Positions 14,535 to 27,885 of a stretch of DNA of 64,000 nt are shown one piece after another. The stretch is from positions 23,312,001 through 23,376,000 of the forward strand of contig OZ024743.1 of assembly GCA_964016885.1 (NCBI GenBank), given 5' to 3'. How positions within the stretch are numbered: the first letter of the stretch is position 1; every line of letters starts with the position of its first letter. The position numbers and the translations under genes were made by a program. Origin of the DNA: Eledone cirrhosa (lineage: Eukaryota). The notes beneath the pieces were generated by a model. It searched no databases, had not been told where the DNA came from, and saw only the letters and a list, made by a program, of their open reading frames with translations.

Positions 14535-16014
14535 ATAGTAAGGTTAGAGTTAGCAATGAATATTGTGAAGAATTTAGTGTAAAAGTTGGTGTTCACCAAG
14601 GCTCTGTCCTTAGCGCCCTCCTATTTATTATTGCCCTTCAGGCTATAACAGAGGAGTTCAAGACTGGCTTCTCATGGGAACTCCTATACGCAGATGATCT
14701 AACGCTCATAGCTGAATCAATGGCTGAACTAGAAAAGAAATTCCAAACATGGAAGCATGGCCTAGAATCAAAAGGCCTTAAAGTTAACTTGTCAAAGACT
14801 AAAGTCCTAGTTTGTAGAAAGGAAAATAAGGCGCAGGTACTCTCAGGGAAATGGCCATGCTCAGTGTGTAGGAAAGGAGTAGTCAGAAATTCCATTTTAT
14901 GTCCCAAATGCAAAGTATGGGTACATAAAAGATGTAGTGGGATCACAGGTAAACTATCTAAGAACGTAGACTTTATATGTGGCCGATGCTCAGGTGCAAT
15001 AGGTAGCAAGTGTCCTCAGGATACTAGCCCCTTCTATTGCCCAGATGGTTCTATAGAAATAGTAGACACTTTCCGTTACCTGGGTGACGAAATCAGCAGT
15101 GGTGGAGGGTGTTCTGAAAGTACAGTAGCCAGAGTTAGAACGAGATGGAAAAAGTTCAGAGAGCTTATACCGCTGTTGGCCACAAAAGGTTTCTCTCTAA
15201 AAATGAAAGGCAGATTGTATGATGCTTGTATACGAACAGCAATGCTACATGGCAGTGATACATGGGCATTGCGTGCAGAGGACCTGCGTAGACTGGAAAG
15301 GAACGAAGCATGCATGCTCCGTTGGATGTGTAATAGTAATATACGTGAACGGCAAAGCATAAATGAACTAAGTGAGAAATTAGGAATAAGAGGGATCAGA
15401 TGCTGTTTACTCGAGAGAAGACTACGTTGGTATGGCCACGTGATGCGCATGAGAGACGACAGTTGTATAAAAAAGTGCAGGGTGATCAAAATTGATGGTA
15501 GTTACGGAGTAGGTAGACCCAGAAAAACCAGGGACGATCTGATAACTTCCGACCGTCCACACTTGCACCTCTCTAAGACAATATCACTGGACCGAGATCT
15601 TTGGCGCTACGCAGTAATACAGAAGACCCACCTTGCCTATGTAGGCACCTCTTAACCAAATGTACACCCCAATCCACTACTCCTACCCTATCCTCCCACT
15701 CCCACCAACACCACCCCCTCTCTATAAAGTTGGTACCACAACATCCAGTCCAAATAAATGAGATAAATGGAGATCGTGTAGGTGTCACGAGAAAAAAACA
15801 CACAGTCCACGCTGTAATGTGGCCGTGTAGGTAACACGGTAAAAAGTTCCCAGTTCCACACTGTAAATGAGGTTGGTATTAGGAAGGGCATCCAGCCGTA
15901 GAAAACCTGCCAGATAGACACGGCGACCCGACCAACCTTGCCTCAAGTGGGACAACTCCCGTCTAACCCATGCTAGCCTGGAAAGTGGACGTTAAACGAG
16001 GATGACGATGATGA

Positions 16015-16018
<4 letters not shown>
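14535..16018 (+). mobile_element. Second, different-family 5'-truncated RTE-group LINE with long 3' UTR
   Basis: GVHQGSVLS, LLYADD, C4HC3 finger, LRWYGHVMRM; 3' end gtggacgttaaacgaggatgacgatgatg. Confidence 0.9.
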
Positions 16019-16065
<47 letters not shown>

Positions 16066-16971
16066 TATATATATATAGCTATCTACTGTGTGCGTGTGTA
16101 TTATATATAAATATATAAAATAACAGATTAAAGTTTAAGCAAAGAATCGCTGCTTTCACCCTTAACGGGATCTTCTGAAACTAAAAAGATAATACGTCAT
16201 TATGTGGAACGATGAGAACAATTACACGCAAAGACAAAACCACGTTTATGGTATAAATGGAGTCATTAGACTAATATTCTATTTAGGAAACCGAATGATT
16301 CTCGGCTTCAGAGTTAAGGATAATGTAAATAAATTAGATGAACGAAAATGACAGAGGTTATTAAAATCATAAAAGTAATAATATTTGCTCTAGGGTTCTT
16401 ATATATTTCATATATATTTATCCTTATCGAGCCCTTTTTGGATTATAGTCTTCACATATATTATTATTACTATATATATATATAGTATATATATATATCA
16501 TATATATATAAATATAGCCATCTAGTGTGTGTATATATATATAAATATATTTATATATATATATATATATATACATAAATATATATATATACACTAGATG
16601 GCTACCCATGAAAATAAAGGAAATTTCCACAAATTTAGTTTTTTTCCCATTTCTATTAAATTTTAACCATAAGCCGAAAAGTTGATTCTAGACTATAAGC
16701 TTTGAATCGTAGCCATTACACACTTCTAATTTATACACTAACCCTATGCCGTGCATGCTTTGGTGGTTACTACTTCTATACCTGAATGAAATAAATAACA
16801 GAAATACCTATATTTATCGTTTAATACAGGTATGGCCATGGTTGTGTGGTTAAAAGGGAGGCAGAGATACCATGTGGCTTTAGATTCGTTCAGGTGTCTT
16901 CTACTGTAGACTAGGGCTGACCAATATCTTGTGAGTGAAATTTGGAAAAGGAATATTATTCAATTACATAC

Positions 16972-17169
16972 TCTTTATATGTGAAGTTGACAATCCAGGC
17001 ATGGCTGTTTCTTTTGTTGTTATTCCTGTCATTGGTTTTGTTGTTGGTGGCACTGTCTTTGTTGCCATTCCTTTTTCCATCTTCTCTGTCTTTCTTGGTG
17101 TTGGTGTTGTTGTTGGTGTTGATATTGTTGTTGGTGGTGCTAATGAGGTTTCTGGGCTTTTTGTTGATA
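16972..17169 (-). CDS. Mucin (Thr/Pro-rich) exon copy 8, shortened; uses the inner acceptor
   Basis: Donor AAGA|gtatgt at 16971. The outer acceptor is deleted, but the in-phase ttatacag|TATCA acceptor remains. 198 nt, open frame STKSPETSLAPPTTISTPTTTPTPRKTEK...GLSTSHIK. Confidence 0.5.
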
Positions 17170-17818
17170 CTGTATAATTAGATGGTGAAGATTTCTTATT
17201 GGAACCACAAATAATTGAAGAATTCGCCATACACTTCAGAGGAATTTAATTCTTGAAAAGCTAAGAGAAATTGACCAAGAAATCATACATACTGTTTCAG
17301 TTGCCGAGGTAACATGCTGGCATAAAAACATGCGTAACATGTAGCATTAAATGATGAAAAATCTTCTAACATATTAGGACTATGTGACAGGATTATAAAG
17401 TCGTTAGAAATAGCAGCCAAAGACCGACTGGAAAAACTCAACAAATTAAGAAGTTGTTGAATATTAATCAAAGGTAAATTAGTCTCCCATACTTAAAAAT
17501 CGCCATACTCTTCAGTGCGTCTCTGAGAGATTCCTCTCATTGAGATTTTTAAGTATCATCATCATCATCATCATCGTTTTTTCCGTTTTACTGAACTGTA
17601 CAAGTTTTGGTGGTTACTACTTCTATACCTGAATGAAATAAATAACAGAAATACCTATATTTATTGTTTAATACAGGTATGGCCATTGTTGTGTGGTTAA
17701 AAGGGAGGCAGAGATACCATGTGGTTTTAGATTCGTTCAGGTGTCTTCTACTGTAGACTAGGGATGACCAATATCTTGTGAGTGAAATTTGGAAAAGGAA
17801 TATTATTAAATTACATAC

Positions 17819-18076
17819 TCTTTATATGTGAAGTTGACAATCCAGGCATGGCTGTTTCTTTTGTTGTTATTCCTGTCATTGGTTTTGTTGTTGGTGGCAC
17901 TGTCTCTGTTGCCATTCCTTTTTCCATCTTCTCTGTCTTTCTTGATGTTGGTGTTGTTGTTGGTGTTGATATTGTTGTTGGTGGTGCTGTAGTTGCTAGT
18001 ATTGTTGTTGGTGGTGCTATTGTTGCGGCTAATGAGGTTTCTGGGCTTTTTGTTGATACTGTATAATTAGCTTTGC
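17819..18076 (-). CDS. Mucin exon copy 7
   Basis: Acceptor ttttttaaacag|GC, donor A|gtatgt; 258 nt, phase 1-1, open Thr/Pro-rich frame. Confidence 0.65.
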
Positions 18077-18650
18077 CTGTTTAAAAAATAACATACCTTC
18101 AGATTGTTGTTGTAGATATTGTATATAATTCTGATAGAAAACAACTATGCTAAGACCAACTAATGTCTGAGGGCTGTTAAATTTTTCATACGAGGAAAAA
18201 TTCTTATTGGTACCACCAATAATTGGAGAATCCACCATACACTTCAGGGGAATTTAATTCTTCAGAAGCTAAAAGAATTTAACCAAGAAACCATACATAC
18301 TGTTCCATTTGCTGAGGCAGCATGCTGGAATAAAAACACACATGGCGTTACATGATCAAAAATCTCCTAACATATTAGGACCATGTGAGAGGCTTATAAT
18401 GTTGCTACATGTAGCAACCAAAGGACCCTCTGGTCCAAGTAGACACATTAAGGTGTAGTTTAATAATGATTAAAGGTTAATTAGTCCCTAATATTTAAAT
18501 ATCTCAATGAGAGGAATCTCTCAGAGAAGCAGTATTATATATTAAAATTAAGTGAGAAAAAACTCTCTTTATGGGAGTACAAACAAGATAGACAAAAACA
18601 TATTCTATCTAGACTTGCCTATATATATAGATCTCCCTACGATGGTTTCA

Positions 18651-19206
18651 ATCCATGGCAAAAAAGCCCAATCCATGGCAATATGAGCAGGTCGATCTGC
18701 CGGCAATATGAGCAGGTCGCTCTGCCGGCAAACGAGGGATGTGGCCCACGAACCGCCGTCTCCTTTTCCAGACAATGTCCCTAAACCTCTCCAATCCTGA
18801 CCTCCTCATCACTTCCTCGTTGCTAACTTGGTCTCTCCATGAAATTTTAAATATAGTCCGAATGCAACGACGGTGGAATACATCAAGCTTGTTACATACA
18901 CTTTCCGTACTCTTCCATGTCTCACAGGCATATATCGCTGTTGGTACTACAATGGACATGTAAACACGGAATTTAAGGGCGTTGCCAGTGGACCTGCTCA
19001 TATTGCCATGGATTGGGTACCAGAAGGTGGTAGGAGAGAATGGGGAAGACCACGAAAAACATGGCAGAGCACATTCAGGGAGGACCTGCGGGAGATGGGA
19101 ATTACCTGGAGAGGTGCTAGAAGGGCCGCCAGTGACAGGATCAGGTGGAGGAAGCTCATTGCGCAATGTTCCACAAGGGACTGGAGGAACTAAGACTAAG
19201 ACTAAG
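18651..19206 (+). mobile_element. 5'-truncated, 5'-inverted RTE-type LINE fragment (variant with extra junction duplications)
   Basis: Minus part encodes ...YACETW..FHRRCIRTIFKISWRDQVSNEEV; plus part encodes GRPRKTW...DRIRWRKL; (ACTAAG)3 tail; ~12-bp TSD accatggtttca. Confidence 0.85.
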
Positions 19207-20028
19207 ACCATGGTTTCATATGGGGAAGATTTCTTATTGGAACCACAAATAATTGAAGAATTCGCCATACACTTCAGGGGAATTTAATTCTTGAAAAGCT
19301 AAGAGAAATTGACCAAGAAATCATACATACTGTTTCATTTGCCGAGGTAACATGCTGGCATAAAAACATGCGTAATATGTAGCATTAAATGATGAAAAAT
19401 CTTCTAACATATTAGGACTATGTGATAGGATTATAAAGTCGTTAGAAATAGCAGCCAAAGACCGACTGGAAAAACTCAACAAATTAAGAAGTTGTTGAAT
19501 ATTAATCAAAGGTAAATTAGCCTCCCATACTTAAAAATCACCATACTCTTCAGTGCGTCTCTGAGAGATTCCTCTCATTGAGATTTTTAAGTATCATCAT
19601 CATCATCACAGTTTTTCCGTTTTATTGAAGATTATGGTGAATTCTTCAATTATTGGTGGTACCAATAAGAATTCTACCCCATATGAAACCACGGTAGGAA
19701 GATGTATATATAAGTGAGTTTAGATAGAACATTTTTTCCATTTCTGTCTTGTCTGAACTTCCTGAAACCCTGAAACCCTTCTTCTAATTCATACACTAAC
19801 CTATGCTATACATGTTTTGGTGGTTACTACTTCTATACCTGAATGAAATAAATAACAGAAATACCTATATTTATCGTTTAATACAGGTATGGCCATTGTT
19901 GTGTGGTTAAAAGGGAGGCAGAGATACCATGTGGCTTTAGATTCGTTCAGGTGTCTTCTACTGTAGACTAGGGATGACCAATATCTTGTGAGTGAAATTT
20001 GGAAAAGGAATATTATTAAATTACATAC

Positions 20029-20265
20029 TCTTTATATATGAAGTTGACAATCCAGGCATGGCTGTTTCTTTTGTTGTTATTCCTGTCATTGGTTTTGTTG
20101 TTGGTGGCACTGTCTCTGTTGTCATTCCTTTTTCCATCTTCTCTGTCTTTCTTGGTGTTGGTGTTGTTGGTGGTGCTGTAGTTGCTAGTATTGTTGTTGG
20201 TGGTGCTATTGTTGGGGCTAATGAGGTTTCTGGGCTTTTTGTTGATACTGTATAATTAGCTTTGC
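20029..20265 (-). CDS. Mucin exon copy 6
   Basis: Same splice sites; 237 nt (in-frame 21-nt deletion). Confidence 0.65.
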
Positions 20266-20838
20266 CTGTTTAAAAAAATAACATACCTTCAGATTGTTGT
20301 TGTAGATATTGTATATAATTCTGATAGAAAACAACTATGCTAAGACCAACTAATGTCTGAGGGCTGTTAAATTTTTCATACGAGGAAGAATTCTTATTGG
20401 AACCACCAATAATTGGAGAATCCACCATACACTTCAGGGGAATTTAATTCTTCAGAAGCTAAAAGAATTTAACCAAGAAACCATACATACTGTTCCATTT
20501 GCTGAGGCAGCATGCTGGAATAAAAACACACATGGCGTTACATGATAAAAAATCTCCTAACATATTAGGACCATGTGACAGGCTTATAATGTTGCTACAT
20601 GTAGCAACCAAAGGACCCTCTGGTCCAAGTAGACACATTAAGGTGTAGTTTAATAATGATTAAAGGTTAATTAGTCCCTAATATTTAAATATCTAAATGA
20701 GAGGAATCTCTCAGAGAAGCAATATTATATATTAAAATTAAGTGAGAAAAAACTCTCTTTATGGGAGTACAAACAAGATAGACAAAAACATATTCTATCT
20801 AGACTTGCCTATATATAGATCTCCCTACCATGGTTTCA

Positions 20839-21349
20839 ATCCATGGCAATATGAGCAGGTCGATCTGCCGGCAAACGAGGGATGTGGCCCACGAACCGCC
20901 GTCTCCTTTTCCAGACAATGTCCCTTAACCTCTCCAATCCTGACCTCCTCATCACTTCCTCGTTGCTAACTTGGTCTCTCCATGAAATTTTAAATATGGT
21001 CCGAATGCAACGACGGTGGAATACATCAAGCTTGTTACATACACTTTCCGTACTCTTCCATGTCTCACAGGCATATATCGCTGTTGGTACTACAATGGAC
21101 ATGTAAACACGGAATTTAAGGGCGTTGCCAGTGGACCTGCTCATATTGCCATGGATTGGGTACCAGAAGGTGGTAGGGGAGAATGGGGAAGACCACGAAA
21201 AACATGGCGGAGCACATTCAGGGAGGACCTGCGGGAGATGGGAATTACCTGGAGAGGTGCTAGAAGGGCCGCCAGTGACAGGATCAAGTGGAAGAAGCTC
21301 ATTGCGCAATGTTCCACAAGGGACTGGAGGAACTAAGACTAAGACTAAG
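20839..21349 (+). mobile_element. 5'-inverted RTE-type LINE fragment (array copy)
   Basis: Perfect TSD accatggtttca at 20827-20838 and 21350-21361; (ACTAAG)n tail. Confidence 0.85.
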
Positions 21350-22171
21350 ACCATGGTTTCATATGGGGAAGATTTCTTATTGGAACCACAAATAATTGAA
21401 GAATTCGCCATACACTTCAGGGGAATTTAATTCTTGAAAAGCTAAGAGAAATTGACCAAGAAATCATACATACTGTTTCATTTGCCGAGGTAACATGCTG
21501 GCATAAAAACATGCGTAATATGTAGCATTAAATGATGAAAAATCTTCTAACATATTAGGACTATGTGATAGGATTATAAAGTCGTTAGAAATAGCAGCCA
21601 AAGACCGACTGGAAAAACTCAACAAATTAAGAAGTTGTTGAATATTAATCAAAGGTAAATTAGCCTCCCATACTTAAAAATCACCATACTCTTCAGTGCG
21701 TCTCTGAGAGATTCCTCTCATTGAGATTTTTAAGTATCATCATCATCATCACAGTTTTTCCGTTTTATTGAAGATTATGGTGAATTCTTCAATTATTGGT
21801 GGTACCAATAAGAATTCTACCCCATATGAAACCACGGTAGGAAGATGTATATATAAGTGAGTTTAGATAGAACATTTTTTCCATTTCTGTCTTGTCTGAA
21901 CTTCCTGAAACCCTGAAACCCTTCTTCTAATTCATACACTAACCTATGCTATACATGTTTTGGTGGTTACTACTTCTATACCTGAATGAAATAAATAACA
22001 GAAATACCTATATTTATTGTTTAATACAGGTATGGCCATTGTTGTGTGGTTAAACGGTAGGCAGAGATACCATGTGGCTTTAGATTCGTTCAGGTGTCTT
22101 CTACGGTAGACTAGGGATGACCAATATCTTGTGAGTGAAATTTGGAAAAGGAATATTATTAAATTACATAC

Positions 22172-22429
22172 TCTTTATATGTGAAGTTGACAATCCAGGC
22201 ATGGCTGTTTCTTTTGTTGTTATTCCTGTCATTGGTTTTGTTGTTGGTGGCACTGTCTCTGTTGCCATTCCTTTTTCCATCTTCTCTGTCTTTCTTGGTG
22301 TTGGTGTTGTTGGTGGTGTTGATATTGTTGTTGGTGGTGTTGTAGTTGCTAGTATTGTTGTTGGTGGTGCTATTGTTGCGGCTAATGAGGTTTCTGGGCT
22401 TTTTGTTGATACTGTATAATTAGCTTTGC
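22172..22429 (-). CDS. Mucin exon copy 5
   Basis: Same splice sites; 258 nt, open frame. Confidence 0.65.
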
Positions 22430-23001
22430 CTGTTTAAAAAATAACATACCTTCAGATTGTTGTTGTAGATATTGTATATAATTCTGATAGAAAACAACTA
22501 TGCTAAGACCAACTAATGTCTGAGGGCTGTTAAATTTTTCATACGAGAAAAAATTCTTATTGGAACCACCAATAATTGGAGAATCCACCATACACTTCAG
22601 GGGAATTTAATTCTTCAGAAGCTAAAAGAATTTAACCAAGAAACCATACATACTGTTCCATTTGCTGAGGCAGCATGCTGGAATAAAAACACACATGGCG
22701 TTACATGATCAAAAATCTCCTAACATATTAGGACCATGTGACAGGCTTATAATGTTGCTACATGTAGCAACCAAAGGACCCTCTGGTCCAAGTAGACACA
22801 TTAAGGTGTAGTTTAATAATGATTAAAGGTTAATTAGTCCCTAATATTTAAATATCTAAATGAGAGGAATCTCTCAGAGAAGCAATATTTTATATTAAAA
22901 TTAAGTGAGAAAAAACTCTCTTTATGGGAGTACAAACAAGATAGACAAAAACATATTCTATCTAGACTTGCCTATATATAGATCTCCCTACCATGGTTTC
23001 A

Positions 23002-23512
23002 ATCCATGGCAATATGAGCAGGTCGATCTGCCGGCAAACGAGGGATGTGGCCCACGAACCGCCGTCTCCTTTTCCAGACAATGTCCCTTAACCTCTCCAA
23101 TCCTGACCTCCTCATCACTTCCTCGTTGCTAACTTGGTCTCTCCATGAAATTTTAAATATGGTCCGAATGCAACGACGGTGGAATACATCAAGCTTGTTA
23201 CATACACTTTCCGTACTCTTCCATGTCTCACAGGCATATATCGCTGTTGGTACTACAATGGACATGTAAACACGGAATTTAAGGGCGTTGCCAGTGGACC
23301 TGCTCATATTGCCATGGATTGGGTACCAGAAGGTGGTAGGAGAGAATGGGGAAGACCACGAAAAACATGGCAGAGCACATTCAGGGAGGACCTGCGGGAG
23401 ATGGGAATTACCTGGAGAGGTGCTAGAAGGGCCGCCAGTGACAGGATCAGGTGGAGGAAGCTCATTGCGCAATGTTCCACAAGGGACTGGAGGAACTAAG
23501 ACTAAGACTAAG
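23002..23512 (+). mobile_element. 5'-inverted RTE-type LINE fragment (array copy)
   Basis: Same structure as the copy at 20839. Confidence 0.85.
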
Positions 23513-24334
23513 ACCATGGTTTCATATGGGGAAGATTTCTTATTGGAACCACAAATAATTGAAGAATTCGCCATACACTTCAGGGGAATTTAATTCTTGA
23601 AAAGCTAAGAGAAATTGACCAAGAAATCATACATACTGTTTCATTTGCCGAGGTAACATGCTGGCATAAAAACATGCGTAATATGTAGCATTAAATGATG
23701 AAAAATCTTCTAACATATTAGGACTATGTGATAGGATTATAAAGTCGTTAGAAATAGCAGCCAAAGACCGACTGGAAAAACTCAACAAATTAAGAAGTTG
23801 TTGAATATTAATCAAAGGTAAATTAGCCTCCCATACTTAAAAATCACCATACTCTTCAGTGCGTCTCTGAGAGATTCCTCTCATTGAGATTTTTAAGTAT
23901 CATCATCATCATCACAGTTTTTCCGTTTTATTGAAGATTATGGTGAATTCTTCAATTATTGGTGGTACCAATAAGAATTCTACCCCATATGAAACCACGG
24001 TAGGAAGATGTATATATAAGTGAGTTTAGATAGAACATTTTTTCCATTTCTGTCTTGTCTGAACTTCCTGAAACCCTGAAACCCTTCTTCTAATTCATAC
24101 ACTAACCTATGCTATACATGTTTTGGTGGTTACTACTTCTATACCTGAATGAAATAAATAACAGAAATACCTATATTTATCGTTTAATACAGGTATGGCC
24201 ATTGTTGTGTGGTTAAAAGGGAGACAGAGATACCATGTGGCTTTAGATTCGTTCAGGTGTCTTCTACTGTAGACTAGGGCTGACCAATATCTTGTGAGTG
24301 AAATTTGGAAAAGGAATATTATTAAATTACATAC

Positions 24335-24592
24335 TCTTTATATGTGAAGTTGACAATCCAGGCATGGCTGTTTCTTTTGTTGTTATTCCTGTCATTGGTT
24401 TTGTTGTTGGTGGCACTGTCTCTGTTGCCATTCCTTTTTCCATCTTCTCTGTCTTTCTTGGTGTTGGTGTTGTTGGTGGTGTTGATATTGTTGTTGGTGG
24501 TGTTGTAGTTGCTAGTATTGTTGTTGGTGGTGCTATTGTTGCGGCTAATGAGGTTTCTGGGCTTTTTGTTGATACTGTATAATTAGCTTTGC
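24335..24592 (-). CDS. Mucin exon copy 4
   Basis: Same splice sites; 258 nt, open frame. Confidence 0.65.
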
Positions 24593-25164
24593 CTGTTTAA
24601 AAAATAACATACCTTCAGATTGTTATTGTAGATATTGTATATAATTCTGATAGAAAACAACTATGCTAAGACCAACTAATGTCTGAGGGCTGTTAAATTT
24701 TTCATACGAGGAAAAATTCTTATTGGAACCACCAATAATTGGAGAATCCACCATACACTTCAGGGGAATTTAATTCTTCAGAAGCTAAAAGAATTTAACC
24801 AAGAAACCATACATACTGTTCCATTTGCTGAGGCAGCATGCTGGAATAAAAACACACATGGCGTTACATGATCAAAAATCTCCTAACATATTAGGACCAT
24901 GTGACAGGCTTATAATGTTGCTACATGTAGCAACCAAAGGACCCTCTGGTCCAAGTAGACACATTAAGGTGTAGTTTAATAATGATTAAAGGTTAATTAG
25001 TCCCTAATATTTAAATATCTAAATGAGAGGAATCTCTCAGAGAAGCAATATTTTATATTAAAATTAAGTGAGAAAAAACTCTCTTTATGGGAGTACAAAC
25101 AAGATAGACAAAAACATATTCTATCTAGACTTGCCTATATATAGATCTCCCTACCATGGTTTCA

Positions 25165-25675
25165 ATCCATGGCAATATGAGCAGGTCGATCTGCCGGCAA
25201 ACGAGGGATGTGGCCCACGAACCGCCGTCTCCTTTTCCAGACAATGTCCCTTAACCTCTCCAATCCTGACCTCCTCATCACTTCCTCGTTGCTAACTTGG
25301 TCTCTCCATGAAATTTTAAATATGGTCCGAATGCAACGACGGTGGAATACATCAAGCTTGTTACATACACTTTCCGTACTCTTCCATGTCTCACAGGCAT
25401 ATATCGCTGTTGGTACTACAATGGACATGTAAACACGGAATTTAAGGGCGTTGCCAGTGGACCTGCTCATATTGCCATGGATTGGGTACCAGAAGGTGGT
25501 AGGAGAGAATGGGGAAGACCACGAAAAACATGGCAGAGCACATTCAGGGAGGACCTGCGGGAGATGGGAATTACCTGGAGAGGTGCTAGAAGGGCCGCCA
25601 GTGACAGGATCAGGTGGAGGAAGCTCATTGCGCAATGTTCCACAAGGGACTGGAGGAACTAAGACTAAGACTAAG
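25165..25675 (+). mobile_element. 5'-inverted RTE-type LINE fragment (array copy)
   Basis: Same structure as the copy at 20839. Confidence 0.85.
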
Positions 25676-26497
25676 ACCATGGTTTCATATGGGGAAGATT
25701 TCTTATTGGAACCACAAATAATTGAAGAATTCGCCATACACTTCAGGGGAATTTAATTCTTGAAAAGCTAAGAGAAATTGACCAAGAAATCATACATACT
25801 GTTTCATTTGCCGAGGTAACATGCTGGCATAAAAACATGCGTAATATGTAGCATTAAATGATGAAAAATCTTCTAACATATTAGGACTATGTGATAGGAT
25901 TATAAAGTCGTTAGAAATAGCAGCCAAAGACCGACTGGAAAAACTCAACAAATTAAGAAGTTGTTGAATATTAATCAAAGGTAAATTAGCCTCCCATACT
26001 TAAAAATCACCATACTCTTCAGTGCGTCTCTGAGAGATTCCTCTCATTGAGATTTTTAAGTATCATCATCATCATCACAGTTTTTCCGTTTTATTGAAGA
26101 TTATGGTGAATTCTTCAATTATTGGTGGTACCAATAAGAATTCTACCCCATATGAAACCACGGTAGGAAGATGTATATATAAGTGAGTTTAGATAGAACA
26201 TTTTTTCCATTTCTGTCTTGTCTGAACTTCCTGAAACCCTGAAACCCTTCTTCTAATTCATACACTAACCTATGCTATACATGTTTTGGTGGTTACTACT
26301 TCTATACCTGAATGAAATAAATAACAGAAATACCTATATTTATCGTTTAATACAGGTATGGCCATTGTTGTGTGGTTAAAAGGGAGACAGAGATACCATG
26401 TGGCTTTAGATTCGTTCAGGTGTCTTCTACTGTAGACTAGGGATGACCAATATCTTGTGAGTGAAATTTGGAAAAGGAATATTATTAAATTACATAC

Positions 26498-26755
26498 TCT
26501 TTATATGTGAAGTTGACAATCCAGGCATGGCTGTTTCTTTTGTTGTTATTCCTGTCATTGGTTTTGTTGTTGGTGGCACTGTCTCTGTTGCCATTCCTTT
26601 TTCCATCTTCTCTGTCTTTCTTGGTGTTGGTGTTGTTGGTGGTGTTGATATTGTTGTTGGTGGTGTTGTAGTTGCTAGTATTGTTGTTGGTGGTGCTATT
26701 GTTGCGGCTAATGAGGTTTCTGGGCTTTTTGTTGATACTGTATAATTAGCTTTGC
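26498..26755 (-). CDS. Mucin exon copy 3
   Basis: Same splice sites; 258 nt, open frame. Confidence 0.65.
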
Positions 26756-27329
26756 CTGTTTAAAAAATAACATACCTTCAGATTGTTGTTGTAGATATTG
26801 TATATAATTCTGATAGAAAACAACTATGCTAAGACCAACTAATGTCTGAGGGCTGTTAAATTTTTCATACGAGGAAAAATTCTTATTGGAACCACCAATA
26901 ATTGGAGAATCCACCATACACTTCAGGGGAATTTAATTCTTCAGAAGCTAAAAGAATTTAACCAAGAAACCATACATACTGTTCCATTTGCTGAGGCAGC
27001 ATGCTGGAATAAAAACACACATGGCGTTACATGATCAAAAATCTCCTAACATATTAGGACCATGTGACAGGCTTATAATGTTGCTACATGTAGCAACCAA
27101 AGGACCCTCTGGTCCAAGTAGACACATTAAGGTGTAGTTTAATAATGATTAAAGGTTAATTAGTCCCTAATATTTAAATATCTCAATGAGAGGAATCTCT
27201 CAGAGAAGCAATATTATATATTAAAATTAAGTGAGAAAAAACTCTCTTTATGGGAGTACAAACAAGATAGACAAAAACATATTCTATCTAGACTTGCCTA
27301 TATATATAGATCTCCCTACCACGGTTTCA

Positions 27330-27885
27330 ATCCATGGCAAAAAAGCCCAATCCATGGCAATATGAGCAGGTCGATCTGCCGGCAATATGAGCAGGTCGCT
27401 CTGCCGGCAAACGAGGGATGTGGCCCACGAACCGCCGTCTCCTTTTCCAGACAATGTCCCTTAACCTCTCCAATCCTGACCTCCTCATCACTTCCTCGTT
27501 GCTAACTTGGTCTCTCCATGAAATTTTAAATATAGTCCGAATGCAACGACGGTGGAATACATCAAGCTTGTTACATACACTTTCCGTACTCTTCCATGTC
27601 TCACAGGCATATATCGCTGTTGGTACTACAATGGACATGTAAACACGGAATTTAAGGGCGTTGCCAGTGGACCTGCTCATATTGCCATGGATTGGGTACC
27701 AGAAGGTGGTAGGAGAGAATGGGGAAGACCACGAAAAACATGGCAGAGCACATTCAGGGAGGACCTGCGGGAGATGGGAATTACCTGGAGAGGTGCTAGA
27801 AGGGCCGCCAGTGACAGGATCAAGTGGAGGAAGCTCATTGCGCAATGTTCCACAAGGGACTGGAGGAACTAAGACTAAGACTAAG
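27330..27885 (+). mobile_element. 5'-inverted RTE-type LINE fragment (variant with extra junction duplications)
   Basis: Same structure as the copy at 18651. Confidence 0.85.

Noticed and set aside
14456-15655. 399-aa ORF with poly-Met as a single gene
   Set aside because: Fusion of the (GAT)n tail of one LINE with a truncated second LINE
17782-18066. Hydrophobic plus-strand ORF MKFGKG... repeated in each unit
   Set aside because: Antisense shadow of the Thr/Pro-rich minus-strand exon; starts at GTG
20836-21411. 191-206-aa minus-strand ORFs MANSS... in each unit
   Set aside because: Chimeric read-through of repeat DNA, antisense LINE and the inverted LINE segment
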